IMG/VR virus record: IMGVR_UViG_3300021354_000450
Location: 32,001 to 96,000 of that record
Strand: one strand, 5' to 3'
DNA from: a virus
Length of the DNA stretch: 64,000 nt
Shown here piece after piece: positions 59,154-64,000 of this stretch (positions are counted from its first letter, which is position 1; each line of letters opens with the position of its first letter). Made by a program: the position numbers and the translations under genes. The notes beneath the pieces are model-generated. The model had not been told where the DNA came from and made no database searches. It saw only the letters and a program-made list of their open reading frames with translations.

Positions 59154-60245
59154 ATGACTGTATATATTGTGGATTTAGAAAAATTAGAAACTCGCTATAC
59201 TAAGCAATGGGCCATTCATGTGCCTAATTTAATAACACAACACGGGCACGAAGTAGTAGTCATCAGTGGTCCAGATGATATTCCATCTATTCCGACTCCT
59301 GGAATGTTTTTAAACTTTTCTGCTACCAATGTATACAAAGCAGTTCAAGTAGAAAAAATCAGCAGATTATTTTGCGAAGGTAAAATTAAAGACGGTGATT
59401 ATTTTCTCTTTACCGATGCTTGGCATCCCGGTGTTATCAATCTAAAATACATGATTAACTTGTTAGGTATTAACGCAAAAATTGGAGGTCTGTGGCACGC
59501 AGGATCTTACGATAAATGGGACGGATTAGGTCGTCTTGTTGGTAATGAACCATGGGTCCGTCACGCTGAGAAAAGTTTTTTCTGGGCATTTGATCATAAC
59601 TATTTTGCAACTGATTTTCATATTAACATGTTTGTTACTAATTTACTAAATAATGGGTTTAATGTTGGTGAATGGAAACAAGAAGATGTTGATAATTTAA
59701 AAAAATCAGGAAGGATTGTAAGAACAGGTTGGCCAATGGAATATATGGAAAATGCATTAGTAGAATATAAAAATATGGAAAAACGCGACCTTATTTTATT
59801 TCCACATCGTATTGCTCCAGAAAAGCAGGTTGAAATTTTTAGAGATTTAAAAGAACACTTACCACAATATGAATTTGTTGTTTGTCAAGATCAATACTTA
59901 ACAAAAAATGAATATCATAATCTATTAGGCGAGGCTAAACTTGTGTTTAGTGCAAATTTACAAGAAACTTTAGGCATTAGTTGTTACGAAGGTGCTGTTG
60001 TAGATGCTATCCCAATGGTTCCTGATCGTTTGAGTTATTCTGAAATGTATTATAGTGCATTTAAATATCCAAGTGAATGGACCGAATCATTTGAATCATA
60101 TGAAAAAAATCGTACTGCAATTTGTCATAGAATTAACCAATATATGGACAATTACAACCAATTAAAAGCAACAGTACGTAAACAAACATCTGACCTTACT
60201 GAGCAATTTTTTAGTTGCAATGTTTTATTAAAGATGTTAAAATAA
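59154..60245 (+). CDS. GT-B fold glycosyltransferase (GT4/group 1-like)
   Basis: SD AAGGAG, ATG 59154; WHAGSYD, HRIAPEKQ, QETLGISCYEG (E-x7-E). Confidence 0.85.
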   Translation: MTVYIVDLEKLETRYTKQWAIHVPNLITQHGHEVVVISGPDDIPSIPTPGMFLNFSATNVYKAVQVEKISRLFCEGKIKDGDYFLFTDAWHPGVINLKYMINLLGINAKIGGLWHAGSYDKWDGLGRLVGNEPWVRHAEKSFFWAFDHNYFATDFHINMFVTNLLNNGFNVGEWKQEDVDNLKKSGRIVRTGWPMEYMENALVEYKNMEKRDLILFPHRIAPEKQVEIFRDLKEHLPQYEFVVCQDQYLTKNEYHNLLGEAKLVFSANLQETLGISCYEGAVVDAIPMVPDRLSYSEMYYSAFKYPSEWTESFESYEKNRTAICHRINQYMDNYNQLKATVRKQTSDLTEQFFSCNVLLKMLK

Positions 60246-60251
60246 AAACAC

Positions 60252-60280
60252 AATGTCATCCACGACATTAACTCGGAGAA
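60252..60280 (+). promoter_or_regulatory. hairpin/pseudoknot candidate in the folE leader
   Basis: AATGTC-ATCCAC-GACATT; loop TCC complementary to SD GGA. Confidence 0.45.
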
Positions 60281-60286
60281 ATATAA

Positions 60287-60979
60287 GTGTCAAATCAAAC
60301 AGTAAGCGAAAAAATTCGCACTCAATTAAAAACTAGCGGAAAACGTTTTTGGGCAGGAGATAATATCTCTGAATTTGTTAGTGAAAGCGATAAAATTAAT
60401 CTTATCATTGAAGCAACACGTGCTTTCGAACTTGTTTTAGATTCATTACTAATAGACCGTGAAACAGATCCAAACTCACAAGGTACTGCCCGCAGGCTTG
60501 CAAAAATGTACTTTAATGAAATTATGGCTGGACGGTATGATCCGGCTCCGGATGCAACAAGTTTTCCTAATGATAGCGATGACCGGTATGAAGGAATGTT
60601 GGTTGTACGAAGTGAATTAAAGTCAATGTGTTCACATCATCACCAACCTGTTAGTGGTGTAGCATATATCGGTATTATTGCTGCACAAAAACTTATTGGT
60701 TTATCAAAATATTCTAGAATTGCACAATGGTGTGCAAGACGTGGAACACTTCAAGAAGAACTATGTAACGATATTGCACGTGAAATTAGTCTAGCAACAG
60801 GCAGTGATAATATTGGTGTTTATTTAGAGGCCGAGCATGGCTGTTGCCTAAATAGAGGTATAATGGCTCACTCGAGTTTAACTCAAACAACTGTGCTTAG
60901 AGGAGCATTTAGAACTGATCCAAGTACTAAGAAAGAGTTCTTTGATAACATCAAACTTCAATCAAGAAACGGAAAATAA
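60287..60979 (+). CDS. folE: GTP cyclohydrolase I
   Basis: TARRLAKMY, SMCSHHH, GLSKYSRI, LQEEL, EHGCCLNRG. Confidence 0.96.
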   Translation: MSNQTVSEKIRTQLKTSGKRFWAGDNISEFVSESDKINLIIEATRAFELVLDSLLIDRETDPNSQGTARRLAKMYFNEIMAGRYDPAPDATSFPNDSDDRYEGMLVVRSELKSMCSHHHQPVSGVAYIGIIAAQKLIGLSKYSRIAQWCARRGTLQEELCNDIAREISLATGSDNIGVYLEAEHGCCLNRGIMAHSSLTQTTVLRGAFRTDPSTKKEFFDNIKLQSRNGK

Positions 60980-60980
60980 T

Positions 60981-61271
60981 ATGATTTTTAAAAAATGGTT
61001 TAATCGTAAAGTTAAAGAAGCAATCCAATCAATCCAATCAGATAATCAACGAACCCCTAAACCAATGGAAAATTATGTCAATCAGTCAATTGACTGTGAT
61101 AAAGGTATTCGATTTAAAGTTTTAAAAGCACAAGGTGGAACCATTATAGAAACAACTTTGTGGGATAATCGAAAATCTGACAATAATTTCGGACTTTATA
61201 TTATAAGAGATGATGAAGATCTTGGTCAAGGTATTGCAAAGATTATAACAATAGAATCATTAAAATCATGA
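60981..61271 (+). CDS. hypothetical protein
   Basis: ATG right after the folE stop (track start 60942). Confidence 0.7.
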   Translation: MIFKKWFNRKVKEAIQSIQSDNQRTPKPMENYVNQSIDCDKGIRFKVLKAQGGTIIETTLWDNRKSDNNFGLYIIRDDEDLGQGIAKIITIESLKS

Positions 61272-61453
61272 TCTGTTATATGAGTGAAGAGATTGATGAA
61301 GATTTTGGCGATCTTGACAAGCAAAATAAATGGTTTCAAACCTATAAGCTTGATCCTATTAAATTAGGATATATGTGTGAAGAATATCCAGCTTTACAAA
61401 AAAGTTGGAATGAATTTATGATAATTTATAATTTATGTAATGGTTTAAAATGA
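61268..61453 (+). CDS. hypothetical protein
   Basis: ATGA overlaps on both sides; MCEEYPALQKSW. Confidence 0.65.
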   Translation: MICYMSEEIDEDFGDLDKQNKWFQTYKLDPIKLGYMCEEYPALQKSWNEFMIIYNLCNGLK

Positions 61454-61950
61454 ACAAATTAATTTTAGATGATGCAAAATTTAAAAACTTAGTTGCAAAT
61501 CTCTGTAGAGAAATTTCACTTAGTAATTGGAAACCTGACTATGTTGTTGGGCTAACACGCGGTGGTTTATTACCTGCTGTTATGATTAGTCATTACTTTG
61601 AAATTCCGTGTGAAACTTTAAAAGTAAATTTACGAGATCATAAAACTGGATTAGAATCAAATTGTTGGATGGCAGAAGATGCATTTCATAACAAAAAAAT
61701 ACTAATTGTTGATGATATTAATGACACCGGTGCAACTATTAATTGGATTATGCAAGATTGGCCACAAGGTTGTTATCCAAATAATGAAGTTTGGGAATCA
61801 ATTTGGAACAACAATGTAAAATTTGCAGTTGTGGTTGATAATTTATCAAGCGACTGTGAAGTTAAAATAGATTATGCAGGTATGGAAATTAACAAAGCCG
61901 AAAATGATGTTTGGGTTGATTTTCCTTACGAAGAATGGTGGACAAAATAA
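61450..61950 (+). CDS. type I phosphoribosyltransferase (xanthine/guanine PRT-like)
   Basis: VVGLTRGGLLPA, ILIVDDINDTGAT, WVDFPYE. Confidence 0.92.
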   Translation: MNKLILDDAKFKNLVANLCREISLSNWKPDYVVGLTRGGLLPAVMISHYFEIPCETLKVNLRDHKTGLESNCWMAEDAFHNKKILIVDDINDTGATINWIMQDWPQGCYPNNEVWESIWNNNVKFAVVVDNLSSDCEVKIDYAGMEINKAENDVWVDFPYEEWWTK

Positions 61951-62319
61951 ATGGCAAGATTAGAAGGATTTGTTGAGAAAGGTTGGGGACACGAAATGAT
62001 CTGGTCAACTAATGACAAGTACTGTGGGAAACTTATGCACTTTAATGAAGGTGCAAAGTTTTCAATGCATTTTCATGCTGAAAAAGACGAAACTTGGTTA
62101 GTGCTAAGTGGCTGTTTTATTGTTGAATATATCGATACAACTGATGCATTAGTTCGTTCAAAAACTTTAACAAAAAATAGTGTTTGGAGGAACGAACCGT
62201 TAGTTCCTCACAGACTTATTTGTGTTGAGAAAGGTGATATTATTGAAGTATCAACTCCGGATAGTGTTGAAGACAATTATCGTATATTACCAGGTGATAG
62301 TCAAAAATTAATAAAATAG
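61951..62319 (+). CDS. cupin (sugar-isomerase-like)
   Basis: KGWGHE, SMHFHAEKDETW, PHRL, IEVST. Confidence 0.85.
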   Translation: MARLEGFVEKGWGHEMIWSTNDKYCGKLMHFNEGAKFSMHFHAEKDETWLVLSGCFIVEYIDTTDALVRSKTLTKNSVWRNEPLVPHRLICVEKGDIIEVSTPDSVEDNYRILPGDSQKLIK

Positions 62320-62368
62320 TTGATTTTATTTTAAAGTTCATGTATAATAAATTTTTTTAGGAGGTTGT

Positions 62369-62527
62369 ATGAGTTGTGGTTGCGGTCGTAGTCCAACAGG
62401 TGAGTGTTGCGGTTGGCATGGTTTATCTGAAGATGCTTATAGACAAAAATTAGCTGAGTATGATAATAAAAATGTCGAAGTTCAAACTGAAGTAAACAAC
62501 TCTGGAAATGATAGTGAGCAAGATTAA
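62369..62527 (+). CDS. small CDGSH-like iron-sulfur protein (52 aa, not in ORF track)
   Basis: SD GGAGG; MSCGCGRSPTGECCGWH; promoter TTGATT-17-TATAAT at 62320-62348. Confidence 0.75.
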   Translation: MSCGCGRSPTGECCGWHGLSEDAYRQKLAEYDNKNVEVQTEVNNSGNDSEQD

Positions 62528-63356
62528 AGTAGCGGAACTTTTCTACTCAATTCAAGGTGAAGGAAGATATATGGGAGTACCATCTATCTTCTTACGTACT
62601 TTTGGTTGTAATTTTTCTTGTAAGGGATTTGGTATGCTTCGAGGTAATATAAGTGAAGAATACTTGACTGTTAATCCAGAACTATATACAAAATACGATC
62701 AGCTGCCATTAGTTAGCACAGGATGTGATAGTTATGCAAGTTGGGATCCGAGATTTAAAAATCTTAGTCCTTTACTTGATACTGATGAAATTGCTGAAAG
62801 TATTATCGAAATGTTACCATTTAAAGAATGGCGTGATGAACATCTTGTGATTACAGGTGGTGAACCGTTATTAGGTTGGCAACGAGCTTTTCCTGATTTA
62901 CTTGACCATCCTAAAATGCAAGGATTAAAAGAAATTACATTTGAAACAAATGGTACTCAACCGTTGACTGATCAATTTAAATTGTATCTTTATAATTGGC
63001 AATTACAACAACCTGGAAGAGAAGTTACATTTAGTGTTAGTGCAAAATTAAGTGTAAGTGGTGAACATCCTGATCAAGCAATTCGTCCTGAGATTGTTTG
63101 TGGCTATGAAGATGTTGGATATACTTATCTTAAATTTGTTGTTGCATCTGAAGAAGATGCAGAAGAAGCATTAGAAGCAGTTGACATTTACCGTGCCGAA
63201 GGATTCATTGGGCCAGTTTATTTAATGCCCGTCGGTGGTGTTGAAAGTGTTTATACTTTAAATAATCGCACAGTTGCAGAATTAGCAATGAAAATAGGGT
63301 TAAGATATAGTGATAGATTACAAGTGCCGTTGTTCAAGAACGCGTGGAGTACATAA
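62508..63356 (+). CDS. queE: 7-carboxy-7-deazaguanine synthase (radical SAM)
   Basis: ELFYSIQGEG, FLRTFGCNFSC, GCDS, VITGGEP, FETNGT, SAK, LKFVV, RLQV. Confidence 0.92.
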   Translation: MIVSKIKVAELFYSIQGEGRYMGVPSIFLRTFGCNFSCKGFGMLRGNISEEYLTVNPELYTKYDQLPLVSTGCDSYASWDPRFKNLSPLLDTDEIAESIIEMLPFKEWRDEHLVITGGEPLLGWQRAFPDLLDHPKMQGLKEITFETNGTQPLTDQFKLYLYNWQLQQPGREVTFSVSAKLSVSGEHPDQAIRPEIVCGYEDVGYTYLKFVVASEEDAEEALEAVDIYRAEGFIGPVYLMPVGGVESVYTLNNRTVAELAMKIGLRYSDRLQVPLFKNAWST

Positions 63357-63758
63357 ATGATATTAGATGGAATATTTGATCTTTGGAACAATTATCGTTC
63401 TAAAAGAAAAGCAAAAAAAGAAGCAAAGAAATACAGAACAGCTAAAACAGACGAAGTTAAAGATCCGAAAACTCAAGCAACTGAGAATAACGAACCGTGG
63501 GTTACTGTTTTAAAAACACATGTTGATCCAACAAGTCCACGTAATGGGTTTTTTGAACTTGATTGGAATGAACAGTTTGTTTCAATGTTGCGTGGTAATG
63601 GTTATACTGGGGTTACTGAAGAAGAAATTGTAGACCAATGGTTTAGTGATCTTTGTAGAGAAGTAGGTAGTGAAGAAAATGTTCCTGGATTAGATCGTAG
63701 AGGATCTGGGTACATTAATGTAAACAAATTAAGCAACGGCAGAAGCGAGGTAAGTTGA
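63357..63758 (+). CDS. hypothetical phage protein
   Basis: EPWV...NGFFELDWNEQFV...IVDQWF. Confidence 0.78.
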   Translation: MILDGIFDLWNNYRSKRKAKKEAKKYRTAKTDEVKDPKTQATENNEPWVTVLKTHVDPTSPRNGFFELDWNEQFVSMLRGNGYTGVTEEEIVDQWFSDLCREVGSEENVPGLDRRGSGYINVNKLSNGRSEVS

Positions 63759-63998
63759 TTAAATAGAAACTATAATATATCCTTTATAGCTTTTTCCTAA
63801 TTTTGCATTTTTATGAATTGTGTCTTTTGATTGCGGTCCTCGTTGTCTATTACGTTCTCCAATCTGCTGTTTTTCCTCTTCAGACCACATTTGTTTACCT
63901 TTATTCCACGGAATTCTTCCTTTACCTGCTTCACTGATACGTTTTCGTACTTCTTCACTTTGGCGTCCACCGTCACCACATTCATTTATATTAAAGTT
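63759..63998 (-). mobile_element. C-terminal part of a homing endonuclease with NUMOD3-like motifs (runs off the window)
   Basis: Hand-translated open frame NFNINECGDGGRQSEEVRKRISEAGKGRIPWNKGKQMWSEEEKQQIG...; different frame from track ORF 63797..63985. Confidence 0.75.
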
Positions 63999-64000
63999 GA

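Noticed and set aside
63797-63985. Track ORF of 62 aa on the minus strand
   Set aside because: Another minus-strand frame gives a recognisable NUMOD3-type endonuclease tail
1-64000. Stop-codon reassignment as in some jumbo phages
   Set aside because: Known genes are full length in code 11 and TAA, TAG and TGA all serve as stops

Overview
AT-rich fragment of a large lytic T4-like (myovirus-type, probably jumbo) phage genome; a spanin pair implies a Gram-negative host. Standard genetic code, almost all genes on the + strand. Order: small early ORFs and a tRNA island (Gly, fMet, atypical Leu) enclosing about 500 nt of highly structured non-coding sequence and a coiled-coil gene; ClpP, QueD, UvsE, SufC/SufD-like; a late structural block (2879-aa fibre/baseplate protein, Ig-domain protein, repeat fibre, S8 protease); DnaE fragment, GroES, MazG-like, clamp loader, PhoH; lysis cassette; DnaJ-Def-ClpA; probable head-packaged proteins including a four-domain nucleotidyltransferase/ligase polyprotein; PolB and clamp; and a 7-deazaguanine DNA-modification cluster (TGT/DpdA-like, second T-fold protein, GT-B glycosyltransferase, FolE, PRTase, cupin, CDGSH peptide, QueE) interrupted by homing endonucleases. 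Best candidates for undescribed biology: (1) two structured ncRNAs next to a DIP1984-like coiled-coil gene, (2) a QueC-less deazaguanine cluster with a glycosyltransferase, (3) a hairpin/late-promoter switch on an atypical tRNA, (4) covarying tandem operator hairpins before PolB and a pseudoknot candidate before folE, (5) an intein-like remnant in the PolB exonuclease domain. All family assignments come from motif recognition by eye; no database search was run.
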